Of a DNA stretch of 26,954 nt, positions 1 to 9,246 are shown one piece after another; the first letter of the stretch is position 1; the number at the start of each line of letters is the position of its first letter. The notes beneath the pieces are model-generated. The model ran no database searches and was not told the DNA's origin. It saw only the letters and a list, made by a program, of their open reading frames with translations. The DNA lies in the NCBI GenBank assembly GCA_046543235.1, contig JBKGZT010000013.1:1-26954 (forward strand). Direction: 5' to 3'. The stretch is from Candidatus Acetothermia bacterium. Lineage in GTDB: Bacteria > Bipolaricaulota > Bipolaricaulia > M55B111. Both the position numbers and the translations under genes were made by a program.

Positions 1-654
1 GACAGCCGGGTTACGGTAATAGCTAGGAAGGGCCCCGAGAAGTTCCGTGCCCACCTGCGCAATACCGGCCGCCTGGAGGATCTAATTAATCCCGGAGCTT
101 CTGTAGCCTGCCACTGGAAGGACGGGGGGAAGACGGACGCCCGGTTGATCGGTACTATTGAGAATGGTTCCTACGTTCTCCTCGACACCCACGTTCAGGA
201 GAAGGTCCTGGAAGAAGAGCTGCGTTCGGGCGGGGTAAAGCCCCTCCCATCGATAGAATCAGTTGAAGAGCAGGTGACCTATCGAGGAAAAAGGTTTGAT
301 TTCGCCATCCGCACTCCCGATGGTTTTGGTTACCTGGAGATTAAATCCGCCGTTACCTGCAGGGATGGCTGGGCGAGCTACCCCGACGCGCCTTCGGAAA
401 GGGGACTGGAACACGTGAAGCTCCTAACTGAACTGGCTTCTAGTGGGGGGAGCGGGTATATCGGTTTTGTAGTTACCAACCCCGAATGTCACAAGTTTCG
501 ACCCGATAGAGAGATACATCCGGAAATGGGCGAAGAGTTGGTGGAGGCCAGGGAAAACGGCGTAGAAATATTTGCCCTCAAGATGATCCTGACGCCGGAC
601 GGTCGGGTCGAACTTGAAGAAAAAGAAGTTCCCGTAGAGCTCGCCCCTAGATGA
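1..654 (+). CDS. sfsA: DNA/RNA nuclease SfsA family (PD-(D/E)XK), 5'-truncated by window edge
   Basis: Frame is open from base 1 (…FRAHLRNTGRLEDLINPG…), giving the SfsA HxxNTGR motif. Also RFDF, YLEIKS, YPDAPSERGLEH and FRPDREIHP. True start lies upstream of the window. Confidence 0.9.
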   Translation, partial: DSRVTVIARKGPEKFRAHLRNTGRLEDLINPGASVACHWKDGGKTDARLIGTIENGSYVLLDTHVQEKVLEEELRSGGVKPLPSIESVEEQVTYRGKRFDFAIRTPDGFGYLEIKSAVTCRDGWASYPDAPSERGLEHVKLLTELASSGGSGYIGFVVTNPECHKFRPDREIHPEMGEELVEARENGVEIFALKMILTPDGRVELEEKEVPVELAPR

Positions 655-677
655 TTGACTTCTGGATTCCGTCGGCC

Positions 678-706
678 TTTTACCCGTCAGTTAGCTCAAG
701 TATAAT
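678..706 (+). promoter_or_regulatory. Putative sigma70 promoter of uvrA-uvrC
   Basis: Perfect TATAAT at 701-706; weak -35 (TTTTAC/TTTACC near 678-684); ATG 12 nt downstream with no SD. Confidence 0.5.
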
Positions 707-718
707 TTAAAGTTAACC

Positions 719-3553
719 ATGAAGAAGATATCCATAAAAGGTGCTGGAGAGCATAACCTAAAAGACATAGACCTGGAGATACCGCGGGATAACTTGGTAG
801 TAATTTCCGGTTTAAGCGGATCCGGGAAGTCCTCCCTGGCCTTCGATACCATTTACGCCGAGGGCAGGAGAAGGTATCTGGAGTCCCTTTCGGCGTACGC
901 CAGGCGGTTTCTCGGACAGATGGAAAAGCCCGACGTGGATTTCATCGAAGGATTATCACCCTCCATCTCGATCGATCAGAAAACTACCGGGCATAACCCG
1001 CGTTCTACCGTTGGAACGGCGACGGAGATCTACGACTACATGAGGTTGCTTTACGCTCACCTGGGCATCCCTCACTGCCCGAATTGTGGCGAGGAACTTT
1101 CCACCCAGACGCCGGAGAGGATCATCGATCAGGTCATGGATCTGGAAGAGGGCAAAAAGATATACGTCCTGGCCCCTGTTGTAAAGGGTCGAAAAGGAGA
1201 GTACCAGGACCTGTTCCAGCAACTCAGGGACCAGGGGTTCCTCAGGGTCCGGGTTGATGGCAGCATTATGGAGCTCGAAGAGGGGATCGACCTGGAAAAG
1301 TACGTCAAGCACGACGTTGAGGTCGTGGTAGATAGGTTGATAGTTAAGCAGGACGTACGGTCCAGGGTGGCGGATTCCGTGGAGACGGCGCTGGAACTCG
1401 CGGACGGGCACCTGATAATCAAGGTAAAAAACGGAGAGGAGCTTACTTTCAGTGAAAAACAGGCCTGCCCGGAGTGCGGAATAAGCGTGCCGGAGCTGAC
1501 ACCCAGGATGTTTTCGTTTAACAGTCCTTACGGGGCCTGTGAGAAGTGTGACGGGTTGGGCAAGAAGGCCGAAGTCGACCCAGGCCTGGTCCTCGACGAA
1601 AGCCTTACTATCGAGGATGGCGGGATTCTTCCCTGGAGGAAGAACCCCGGTAAGTGGCGGGAGGCTATACTTTCGGCGTTCTGCAAAGCAAAAAACATAC
1701 CGATGGATCGGCCTATAGGCGAGCTCTCGGACGAGGAGGTCGAGCTCCTGCTCTACGGAGATGACGAAAAGGTAAGCTTCCTCTACACGAACAGGAAGGG
1801 ACAGACCAAGCGCCACAGGAGAAAGTTCAAGGGCGTTATACCCGAACTGGAAGAAAAGTACCGGGACTCAAGCTCGAATAGCAGCCGGAAGAGGATCGAG
1901 GAGTACATGGCCAAGCTTCCCTGCCCCCGCTGTGAAGGGGGTCGACTCAACCAGAAGAGTCTTGCAGTGACGATAGACGGGAAGAACATCCACGATGTCA
2001 CCCGGCAGTCGATAGACGATGCCTATGATTTCTTCGATTCACTGGAGTTAAGCCGTAACGAGGAGATGATCGCGGGAGAGATCCTGGATGAAATTAAGGC
2101 CAGGCTTGGTTTCCTGCTGGACGTTGGATTGGATTACCTGACGCTGGACAGGGAGTCCGGAACGCTTTCTGGCGGCGAAGCCCACAGGATAAAGCTCGCC
2201 ACCCAAATTGGCTCCGGGTTGACCGGGGTGTTGTACATCCTGGACGAACCCACGGTCGGTTTACACCAGCACGACGTCAGCAGGTTACTGGATACACTAA
2301 AGGATCTCCGCGACATGGATAATACGGTAATCGTTGTCGAGCACGACCGACAGACGATAACGGATTCCGACTGGGTCGTGGAGCTGGGACCGGGCGCTGG
2401 AGTAAACGGCGGTGAGGTCGTTCACGAGGGACCTCCTGAGGAACTCGTCGAGGTCGAGGACTCCTGGACGGGCAAGTACCTCCGGGGCGACGAGGAAATC
2501 CCGATTCCAAGAAAGCGACGCCATTCGGCAGGGAAAAAGATCTGGGTGCGGGGTGCCCGCGAGCACAACCTTAAGGACATAGACGTCGGAATACCGTTGG
2601 GGCTCTTTAACTGCGTAACGGGGGTTTCCGGATCCGGGAAGTCGACCCTGATAAACGATATCCTTTACCGTCAGCTCGAGCGGGAATTACACAACAGCGG
2701 TGCCAAACCGGGAGAACACGACTCCGTGGAGGGAGTGAATCATCTGGAGAAGGTAATCGAGATAGATCAGTCCCCTATCGGTCGGACACCAAGGTCCAAC
2801 CCGGCGACCTACATAAAAGTATTCCGCTACATCCGTGAACTTTTTGCGGAGACTCCCGAGGCCCAGGCGAGGGGCTACGACAAGGGCAGGTTTTCCTTCA
2901 ACCGAAAAGGCGGCAGGTGCGAGGAATGCAAGGGTCGCGGCCATAAAGAAATCGAGATGCATTTTCTTCCCGACGTAACGGTGCCCTGCGAGGACTGCGA
3001 CGGTAAACGCTATAACAAAGAGACGCTCGAGGTTACCTACAAAGGAAAGACCATTGCCGACGTCCTGGAAATGACCGTCGACGAGGCGATTCACTTCTTT
3101 GCGAACCTCGACAAGATCAAGAGGAAACTTGAAACCCTGCGCGATATCGGGCTGGGATACGTAAAGCTCGGACAGCCATCCACGACGTTGTCCGGTGGTG
3201 AAGCACAGCGGATAAAGCTGGCCAAGGAGCTTTCCCGCCGGAGACAGGGCCATACTCTGTACCTATTTGACGAGCCCACGACCGGTCTGCACGCCGAGGA
3301 CATTAGAAAACTGCTCGACGTCTTACACAGGCTGGTCGACGAGGACAACACGATAGTCGTCATAGAGCACAACCCACACGTTATCAAGACCGCGGACTGG
3401 ATAATCGACCTTGGACCGGGCGGCGGGAAACACGGAGGAGAGATGATAGCGGAAGGAACGCCCGAGGAGATTAGCGAAACGGAAGACTCGTTCACCGGCG
3501 AGGTCCTGAGGGAGATCTTCTCCGAGAAGAGGGAAGAACTACTTACGAGATGA
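719..3553 (+). CDS. uvrA: Excinuclease ABC subunit A
   Basis: Two ABC ATPase domains (GLSGSGKSS, GVSGSGKST; LSGGEA signatures; ILDEPT/LFDEPT), CxxC zinc fingers, FSFNSPYGAC, IGRTPRSNPATY; 944 aa. Confidence 0.99.
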   Translation: MKKISIKGAGEHNLKDIDLEIPRDNLVVISGLSGSGKSSLAFDTIYAEGRRRYLESLSAYARRFLGQMEKPDVDFIEGLSPSISIDQKTTGHNPRSTVGTATEIYDYMRLLYAHLGIPHCPNCGEELSTQTPERIIDQVMDLEEGKKIYVLAPVVKGRKGEYQDLFQQLRDQGFLRVRVDGSIMELEEGIDLEKYVKHDVEVVVDRLIVKQDVRSRVADSVETALELADGHLIIKVKNGEELTFSEKQACPECGISVPELTPRMFSFNSPYGACEKCDGLGKKAEVDPGLVLDESLTIEDGGILPWRKNPGKWREAILSAFCKAKNIPMDRPIGELSDEEVELLLYGDDEKVSFLYTNRKGQTKRHRRKFKGVIPELEEKYRDSSSNSSRKRIEEYMAKLPCPRCEGGRLNQKSLAVTIDGKNIHDVTRQSIDDAYDFFDSLELSRNEEMIAGEILDEIKARLGFLLDVGLDYLTLDRESGTLSGGEAHRIKLATQIGSGLTGVLYILDEPTVGLHQHDVSRLLDTLKDLRDMDNTVIVVEHDRQTITDSDWVVELGPGAGVNGGEVVHEGPPEELVEVEDSWTGKYLRGDEEIPIPRKRRHSAGKKIWVRGAREHNLKDIDVGIPLGLFNCVTGVSGSGKSTLINDILYRQLERELHNSGAKPGEHDSVEGVNHLEKVIEIDQSPIGRTPRSNPATYIKVFRYIRELFAETPEAQARGYDKGRFSFNRKGGRCEECKGRGHKEIEMHFLPDVTVPCEDCDGKRYNKETLEVTYKGKTIADVLEMTVDEAIHFFANLDKIKRKLETLRDIGLGYVKLGQPSTTLSGGEAQRIKLAKELSRRRQGHTLYLFDEPTTGLHAEDIRKLLDVLHRLVDEDNTIVVIEHNPHVIKTADWIIDLGPGGGKHGGEMIAEGTPEEISETEDSFTGEVLREIFSEKREELLTR

Positions 3554-5397
3554 ACCTTAAGGAAGAAGTCAAGGGCTTCCCGCGGGAGCCGGGAGTTTAT
3601 ATCATCCGCTCTGCCGGCGAGGTGATCTACGTCGGTAAGTCCGCGTCCTTACGGGATCGGGCGATGAGCTACTTCAACTCCGGAAAGGCAACCAGGGTAA
3701 AGACGAAGAGCCTGCGAGAGGAAGCGGACGGAGTAGACTACATAGTCACCGACAGCGAAGTGGAAGCACTCGTTCTCGAGGAAAACCTGATAAAGGAGTA
3801 TCGTCCCAAGTACAACGTCCTGCTCCGGGACAACAAGCGCTATCCCTACCTAAAACTTACCGAAGAGGAATTTCCCCAGCTGGAGGTATCCCGAAAGCGA
3901 GGAGACGAAACAGGCGAGCTTTTTGGCCCCTATACTGACTCGGGAGCCATGCGGGAGACTCTGGATACCATCGAGAAGATATTTCCGATCCGGGACTGTA
4001 GCTGGACTCCCGAGGATGGTTACCGGCGACCCTGCCTCCGCCATCACATCGATCTCTGCCCGGCACCCTGTGCCGGAAAGGCCGACAGAGAGACCTACAT
4101 GGAGACGATCCAGCAAATTCGGGATCTACTGAAAGGAAAAATCAAGCGGGTGGAGGAGGCGCTGAGGGAAAAGATGGAGCGAGCCGCGGAGAACCGAGAC
4201 TTCGAGAAGGCGGCGGAATGGCGGGACAAAATAGAGGCTCTAGGGAAGATTTCCAGGGGGCAGAACGTCCGTCTAAAAAACGAGCTGGATCGAGACTTCA
4301 TCGCCCTATACAGGAAGTCACGCGGAAGTCGCGGCGAGGGTGATGGTGGGGTAATTCAGGTATTTTTCGTCAGGTCCGGTCGAATAAGCGGACAGGATAG
4401 TTTTCAGATAGAGTTCCCTTCCGAAGAGGATAGGGCTTCCATACTCGGTGGTTTCGTTAAGAAGTTCTACGCTAACAGACGTGTCGTACCGCGGGAGATT
4501 TACGTGGAGGAGGAGCCCGAGGATAGGGAGACGATCGAGGAATGGCTCTCAGAACTCCGTTCCGCGAAGGTGAAGTTCGTGGTTCCCAAAAGAGGTAAGA
4601 AGAAGAGGGTCCTGGAGATGGCAAGACGGAATGCCCGCTACGATCGCGAATCGGTCGGCAGTTCAGGAGAAAGCGGCCAAAGGAAACCAGGTGAGAAAGG
4701 GATCGAGGAGTTAAAGGAAGCTCTAAATCTGCCGGCTCCCCCGGCGAGGATCGAAGGCTACGACGTTTCAAATATATCGGGAACGGATTCGGTCGGTTCG
4801 ATGGTTGTCTTCGAAAACGGTCGGGCCAGCAAAGATATGTACCGGAAGTTCAAGATAGAGAAGGAAGGGCCTGACGACTACGCAATGCTCAAACGCCTAC
4901 TGCACAGGAGGTTTCTTCACGGCTCTGAAGCAGGTGAGGATGAGGACAGGAGCTTCTCCAGCTTCCCCGACCTGATTTTGATCGACGGAGGAAAAGGCCA
5001 GCTGAGTGCGTCGAGGGACGCTTTGAACTCCCTGAGCATGGGAGATATCCCGGTTGTCGGACTTGCGAAGGAGTTCGAGAGGGTCTTTCGGCCCGGACGA
5101 GAGGAGCCGGTTGGGTTCGAAAGGGATTCCGAGGGTTTGAAGCTCCTCCAGCGGGTGAGGGACGAGGCCCACAGGTTCGCCGTCAGTTACCACCGGCGAC
5201 TGCGTCAGAAACGGACGGTTCGCTCTTCCCTGGACTCGATAGAAGGCGTAGGGCCGAAGAGAAAAAAAGCGCTGCTGCAAGCCTTTAACTCGGTCGAAGG
5301 TGTCAGCAAGGCTTCTCTGGGAGAACTCAAGGACGTTTCCGGTTTGCCGGAACCCGTAGCCGAAAGGATCAGGGATTTCTTTAAAGAAGATACATAA
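3550..5397 (+). CDS. uvrC: Excinuclease ABC subunit C
   Basis: GIY-YIG domain (PGVY…IYVGK), Cys cluster, UVR domain (FEKAAEWRD), RNase H-like domain (IEGYDVSN, DDYAM, LIDGGKGQ, RDEAHRFA), HhH (GVGPKR). ATGA 4-nt overlap with uvrA. Confidence 0.98.
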   Translation: MNLKEEVKGFPREPGVYIIRSAGEVIYVGKSASLRDRAMSYFNSGKATRVKTKSLREEADGVDYIVTDSEVEALVLEENLIKEYRPKYNVLLRDNKRYPYLKLTEEEFPQLEVSRKRGDETGELFGPYTDSGAMRETLDTIEKIFPIRDCSWTPEDGYRRPCLRHHIDLCPAPCAGKADRETYMETIQQIRDLLKGKIKRVEEALREKMERAAENRDFEKAAEWRDKIEALGKISRGQNVRLKNELDRDFIALYRKSRGSRGEGDGGVIQVFFVRSGRISGQDSFQIEFPSEEDRASILGGFVKKFYANRRVVPREIYVEEEPEDRETIEEWLSELRSAKVKFVVPKRGKKKRVLEMARRNARYDRESVGSSGESGQRKPGEKGIEELKEALNLPAPPARIEGYDVSNISGTDSVGSMVVFENGRASKDMYRKFKIEKEGPDDYAMLKRLLHRRFLHGSEAGEDEDRSFSSFPDLILIDGGKGQLSASRDALNSLSMGDIPVVGLAKEFERVFRPGREEPVGFERDSEGLKLLQRVRDEAHRFAVSYHRRLRQKRTVRSSLDSIEGVGPKRKKALLQAFNSVEGVSKASLGELKDVSGLPEPVAERIRDFFKEDT

Positions 5398-5408
5398 CTA
5401 CTTCCGAT

Positions 5409-6536
5409 TCAGCCAAACTGTTGAATGATTCGGTCTGCTATCTTCTTCGCCGCATCACCCTGGCCAAAAGGATTACTTGCTTTTGCCATTTCTTCGTAAT
5501 ATCCCCTATCTTCCAGGAGCCTGGTAGTTTCTTCGAAAATCCTGTTCTGGTCGGTTCCAACCAGCTTTGCCGTACCGGCTTCCAGAGCTTCCGGTCTTTC
5601 CGTTTTGTCTCTCGCCACGAGGACGGGAAGCCCCAGAGCCGGACCCTCCTCCTGAATCCCGCCGGAGTCGGTGATAATTAGGTAGGACTCTCCCATTAAC
5701 CCGACGAAGGTGAGGTAATCGACCGGTTCTATCAGGTGAATTCTATCCGCCTCTCCCAGGACTTCGTCCACGGTTTTTCGTACCTTAGGGTTCAGGTGAA
5801 CGGGAAATACTATCTCAACGCTGGAAAATTTCTCCACGATCCGTTTGAGTCCCCGGCATATCTCCGCGATACCGCCATCCAGGCTCTCCCGCCTGTGGGA
5901 AGTGACGAGGATCATCCTTCTTTCTCCGCTCTCGTAAGGAGAGACGTCGATAGGATAATTAGGCGTAAGCTCTCCCCTTTTGATCGCTCCGTTAATTTCC
6001 TGAAGGGCATCAATCACCGTATTTCCCGTCACGGAAATCGACCGTTCGGAGTAACCTTCGTTCAGCAAATTGTCCCTGGAATTTTCGGTCGGAGCGAAGT
6101 GGAGGTCGGAGAGCGAGTCAGTCAGGCGGCGGTTTACCTCTTCCGGGAACGGGTTGGATTTGTCCCCGCTTCTCAGTCCTGCTTCTACGTGTCCCACCGG
6201 AATTCCGTGGTAAAAAGACGTGAGAGCCCCGACGAATGCAGTCGTGGTGTCGCCCTGAACTACGACCAGATCTGGTTGAAGATCCTTAAGAACCTCGTCC
6301 AGCCCGTTCAGAGCCCTGCTCGTCAGCCCGGAAAGGCTCTGGGATTCCTCCATCAATCCCAGGTCGTAGTCGACGGATAGGTCGAAAACAGCCAGAGGAC
6401 CCTCCAACATCTCGAGATGCTGGCCGGTTGAACAGACCAGGGAACGGAACTCGTCCCTTGAGGAAAACTCGTCCAGCAGCGGGGCCAGCTTAATGGCCTC
6501 GGGGCGGGTTCCAAATATCGTAAGAGTATTTATCAT
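5409..6536 (-). CDS. wecB: UDP-N-acetylglucosamine 2-epimerase (non-hydrolysing)
   Basis: GTRPEAIK, TGQH, VQGDTTT, HVEAGLRS, PFPEEVNR, HRRES, TDSGGIQEE, TERPE, NPFGQG motifs. Confidence 0.96.
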   Translation of the reverse strand: MINTLTIFGTRPEAIKLAPLLDEFSSRDEFRSLVCSTGQHLEMLEGPLAVFDLSVDYDLGLMEESQSLSGLTSRALNGLDEVLKDLQPDLVVVQGDTTTAFVGALTSFYHGIPVGHVEAGLRSGDKSNPFPEEVNRRLTDSLSDLHFAPTENSRDNLLNEGYSERSISVTGNTVIDALQEINGAIKRGELTPNYPIDVSPYESGERRMILVTSHRRESLDGGIAEICRGLKRIVEKFSSVEIVFPVHLNPKVRKTVDEVLGEADRIHLIEPVDYLTFVGLMGESYLIITDSGGIQEEGPALGLPVLVARDKTERPEALEAGTAKLVGTDQNRIFEETTRLLEDRGYYEEMAKASNPFGQGDAAKKIADRIIQQFG

Positions 6537-6545
6537 GTCTTTAAG

Positions 6546-6574
6546 ATGTTATCTAAATTCCCCGGGGACTTCAA
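6546..6574 (-). promoter_or_regulatory. Putative sigma70 promoter of wecB (near-leaderless)
   Basis: Minus strand TTGAAG-17 nt-TAACAT, 9 nt before the ATG; no SD. Confidence 0.55.
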
Positions 6575-6720
6575 TTTATATCCGGTTTGAGCGATTAACT
6601 CTCTTTTTCAATTATTTCACCAAGACGTAACCTAGAATCCAAAACTCATAAATAGCGGCAAAAACTCCGACGCACGGAAAGACTTGATAGAAGAGCTTCA
6701 TGGTTTAAAAATAGATTGTC

Positions 6721-7857
6721 ATGGTCGACGAAAAAAGATATGCGTCTAAACTGGTCACGATCTTTCTCTCCCTTTTATTAGGTATTTCACTGGTTGTTCC
6801 GGCGGGAGAAGTATCCGTCACGCCGCTCCTCGACACACCAAACAACAGATCCTATTACGACCACCTGATCGAGTCGGTCAGGGCCGCTGAAGACAGTATA
6901 GAGGTCTTGATGGCTACTGCGGATCATTACCCGGACCATCCGGGAGGTATTCAGAGCAGGCTCTTCGATGCACTCGGGGCAGCGAGCGATCGTGGCGTTC
7001 GAGTCAGGGTAATTCTTGACGAAAGCGATTTTTCTCAGGATATCACGGAGGCTAATCGGGAGACCGCTGGGGTGCTCAGGGATCACGGCGTCGAGGTGAA
7101 GTTATACGACCCGGGTACCACCAACCACGCCAAACTCGTCGTAGTTGACGCCCGAACGGTATTGCTGGGCTCCAGCAACTGGAACTACCCGACCTACACG
7201 GAAACCTATCAGAGCAGCTTCAGGCTTGTCGATGAAAAGGTTGGCCGTTTTTACCGACGAGTGTTCGAGAAGGCCTGGAAGGGAGACCGGATCGAAGAGC
7301 TGAAACTCCCCCGTCCCTCTGGTGAGAAAGAAGTAATTCCCCTGATAAGTACCGGGGAGAGCCGGATGTATTTTGAAGAGGCAGCCAGGTTAATAGAGGG
7401 GGCCGAGGAGTCGATAGATCTGGTGCTCTTCAAAATTACTCGGTATCCAGAATTCCCGGATAGCAGGTCGAACAGGCTTCTCGAAAAGCTGGCCAAAGCC
7501 CATAGCCGGGGGGTAAAGGTCCGCATCATTCTTGACGTCAATACCTGGTCCGACGACGTGAACCAGTCCAACAGGGAAACTGCTCTCTGGCTACTCGGCC
7601 GGGGGATAAGGAACGTGAGTTTTGACAGCAAGTCTATCACGACTCACAGTAAGGTGATGATAGTGGACGGAGAGTCGGTTCTGCTTGGCTCAACTAACTG
7701 GTCCTACTATTCCCTTGCTGAAAACCTCGAAGTAGACGTTTCGATCCGAAGTGCTCCCTCGGTGGGGCGTGCCTTCGGTGAGTACTTCGAAAGACTGTGG
7801 GAAAAGGCTGAAATACCCTCGAGGGAAGAACTTAGCGGAGCACTTCGGGGCAATTGA
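6721..7857 (+). CDS. Exported phospholipase D-superfamily phosphodiesterase/nuclease with two Nuc-like HKD domains
   Basis: N-terminal basic + hydrophobic signal-like segment; HAKLVVVD…GSSNW and HSKVMIVD…GSTNW; RGVxVRxILD in both halves (internal duplication). Confidence 0.9.
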   Translation: MVDEKRYASKLVTIFLSLLLGISLVVPAGEVSVTPLLDTPNNRSYYDHLIESVRAAEDSIEVLMATADHYPDHPGGIQSRLFDALGAASDRGVRVRVILDESDFSQDITEANRETAGVLRDHGVEVKLYDPGTTNHAKLVVVDARTVLLGSSNWNYPTYTETYQSSFRLVDEKVGRFYRRVFEKAWKGDRIEELKLPRPSGEKEVIPLISTGESRMYFEEAARLIEGAEESIDLVLFKITRYPEFPDSRSNRLLEKLAKAHSRGVKVRIILDVNTWSDDVNQSNRETALWLLGRGIRNVSFDSKSITTHSKVMIVDGESVLLGSTNWSYYSLAENLEVDVSIRSAPSVGRAFGEYFERLWEKAEIPSREELSGALRGN

Positions 7858-8039
7858 TACCCCGGGAAGAGTTCTCTCTGGCGGTTGAATCCCGGACGGA
7901 AAGATCAGGTGGAGCTCCAGGGAAAAGCCCTCAGGCAATATATTGTTCGCCGGTTTACCCCATTAAGATCCTTATAAACCCTTCGGGTTCCCGTAACTCC
8001 CCCTGGGGCGGGGTTATTGACTTCCCCTGGCATCGATTA

Positions 8040-8076
8040 ATGTATATTGGTACAATTCATCTATATCGATATACAT
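8040..8076. promoter_or_regulatory. AT-rich imperfect inverted repeat upstream of the PhoU-family regulator (candidate operator)
   Basis: ATGTATATTGGTA-11 nt-TATCGATATACAT, 11/13 complementary; TTGACT at 8017-8022 just upstream. Confidence 0.5.
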
Positions 8077-8138
8077 AATTAAGCTCAGTAAGTATTTTTC
8101 TTTGTCCCAGTAATGAGAAATCATAGAGGTGAGGCAGA

Positions 8139-9158
8139 ATGTATAGCAGAAAAGTCCAGATAACTGGTGGTTCGACTTTTATGGTTACGCTGCCCAAGGA
8201 CTGGGCAGAAAGTATCGGTTTAGAGCCTGGTACCGAAGTCAATATGGTGAGCATAAAACCAAATACGATGGTGATGCAGCCTCAGACCAGGCTTGGAGAA
8301 GAGGACAAGATCGGTAAACTAGCTATCGATAATAAGCAGGGAGAAGCCCTGACTCGCAGCATAATTTCTCTATATATAGCAGGCTACGAGGTAATAAAGA
8401 TCGAGGGAGAACAGATAACCTCCGAGCAGAGGGGGACGATTAGAAGAACGACTCAATCCTTGATCGGCCCGGAGATTGTCGAGGAATCTTCCAATCAGAT
8501 AATAATCCGGAACCTCTCCGACCTGTCGGAGCTTTCGATTAACGAGACTCTTTCCAGGATCTACCAGATATCAAGAACGATGTTCGAGGATACAATCCAG
8601 GCGATGCTTGAGAACAACGTAGAGCTGGCCAGAGACGTCGAGGACAGGGACGACGACGTCGACAGGCTCTTCCTGGCACTATCCCGAAGGTTCCGGATAA
8701 TGCTCTATACGATCGTCGAAAAGGACGGCAAGGAGGTAAATAGAGCCCGGTACTTCGACTACCAGACGGCGGCGAAACAGCTGGAGAGGATAGCCGATCA
8801 CGCAAAGAAGATAGCCGGCATATCTCCCGAACTCGAAGGAGAATTGCCGGAGGAAGTAAAAGAAGCTTTCAACGATACGTCATCTGCCGCGCTGACGATA
8901 GTTGATAAGTCGGTAAAGTCCCTTACCGAAAGAGATATTGAGCTGGCGAATGAAGCACTGTCCATGGGTGGAGCGATTGAGGAGAAATTGCTGGAACTTG
9001 ACAAGTCGCTCAGGGGATTGGATCCCCAGACAGCACAGCTGCTGGGAATAGTTTCCGACAGCATAGACAGGGTTAAGGAATACGGAAACAATATTGCGGA
9101 GACGGCACTAAACTCTTCCTGTCCCCTTCCCGGCGAAGGGGCAGACTGGGGTGCTTGA
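8139..9158 (+). CDS. phoU: Archaeal-type phosphate uptake regulator: AbrB/MazE-like DNA-binding domain plus PhoU domains
   Basis: N-terminal RKVQITGGSTFMVTLPKDW; SLYIAGY; PhoU repeats DDDVDRL…LERIADHA and DRVKEYGNNIAE; SD GAGGTGA at 8126. Confidence 0.88.
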   Translation: MYSRKVQITGGSTFMVTLPKDWAESIGLEPGTEVNMVSIKPNTMVMQPQTRLGEEDKIGKLAIDNKQGEALTRSIISLYIAGYEVIKIEGEQITSEQRGTIRRTTQSLIGPEIVEESSNQIIIRNLSDLSELSINETLSRIYQISRTMFEDTIQAMLENNVELARDVEDRDDDVDRLFLALSRRFRIMLYTIVEKDGKEVNRARYFDYQTAAKQLERIADHAKKIAGISPELEGELPEEVKEAFNDTSSAALTIVDKSVKSLTERDIELANEALSMGGAIEEKLLELDKSLRGLDPQTAQLLGIVSDSIDRVKEYGNNIAETALNSSCPLPGEGADWGA

Positions 9159-9180
9159 GGCTGGGATGAGCGGGACCCCG

Positions 9181-9210
9181 TTGCAAATTTCCGGCTTTGT
9201 ATCTTAACGT
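9181..9210 (+). promoter_or_regulatory. Possible promoter for the 97-aa orphan
   Basis: TTGCAA-18 nt-TAACGT in an AT-rich intergenic stretch. Confidence 0.35.
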
Positions 9211-9246
9211 TAGTTAATCATAACCACTTTACCTGGAGGTAAATAC

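Noticed and set aside
956..5280. Many antisense ORFs inside uvrA/uvrC (for example 956-1816, 286 aa)
   Set aside because: Shadow ORFs opposite well-conserved genes, with no recognisable motifs
6721..7857. PLD protein as an anti-phage nuclease or cardiolipin synthase
   Set aside because: Has a signal-like N-terminus, no helicase/methylase/defence neighbours, and lacks the Cls N-terminal membrane architecture
7854..8078. 74-aa ORF and small hairpins in the PLD-phoU gap (possible small gene or ncRNA)
   Set aside because: TTG start, atypical composition, runs across the likely promoter; helices are short and match no RNA family I recognise
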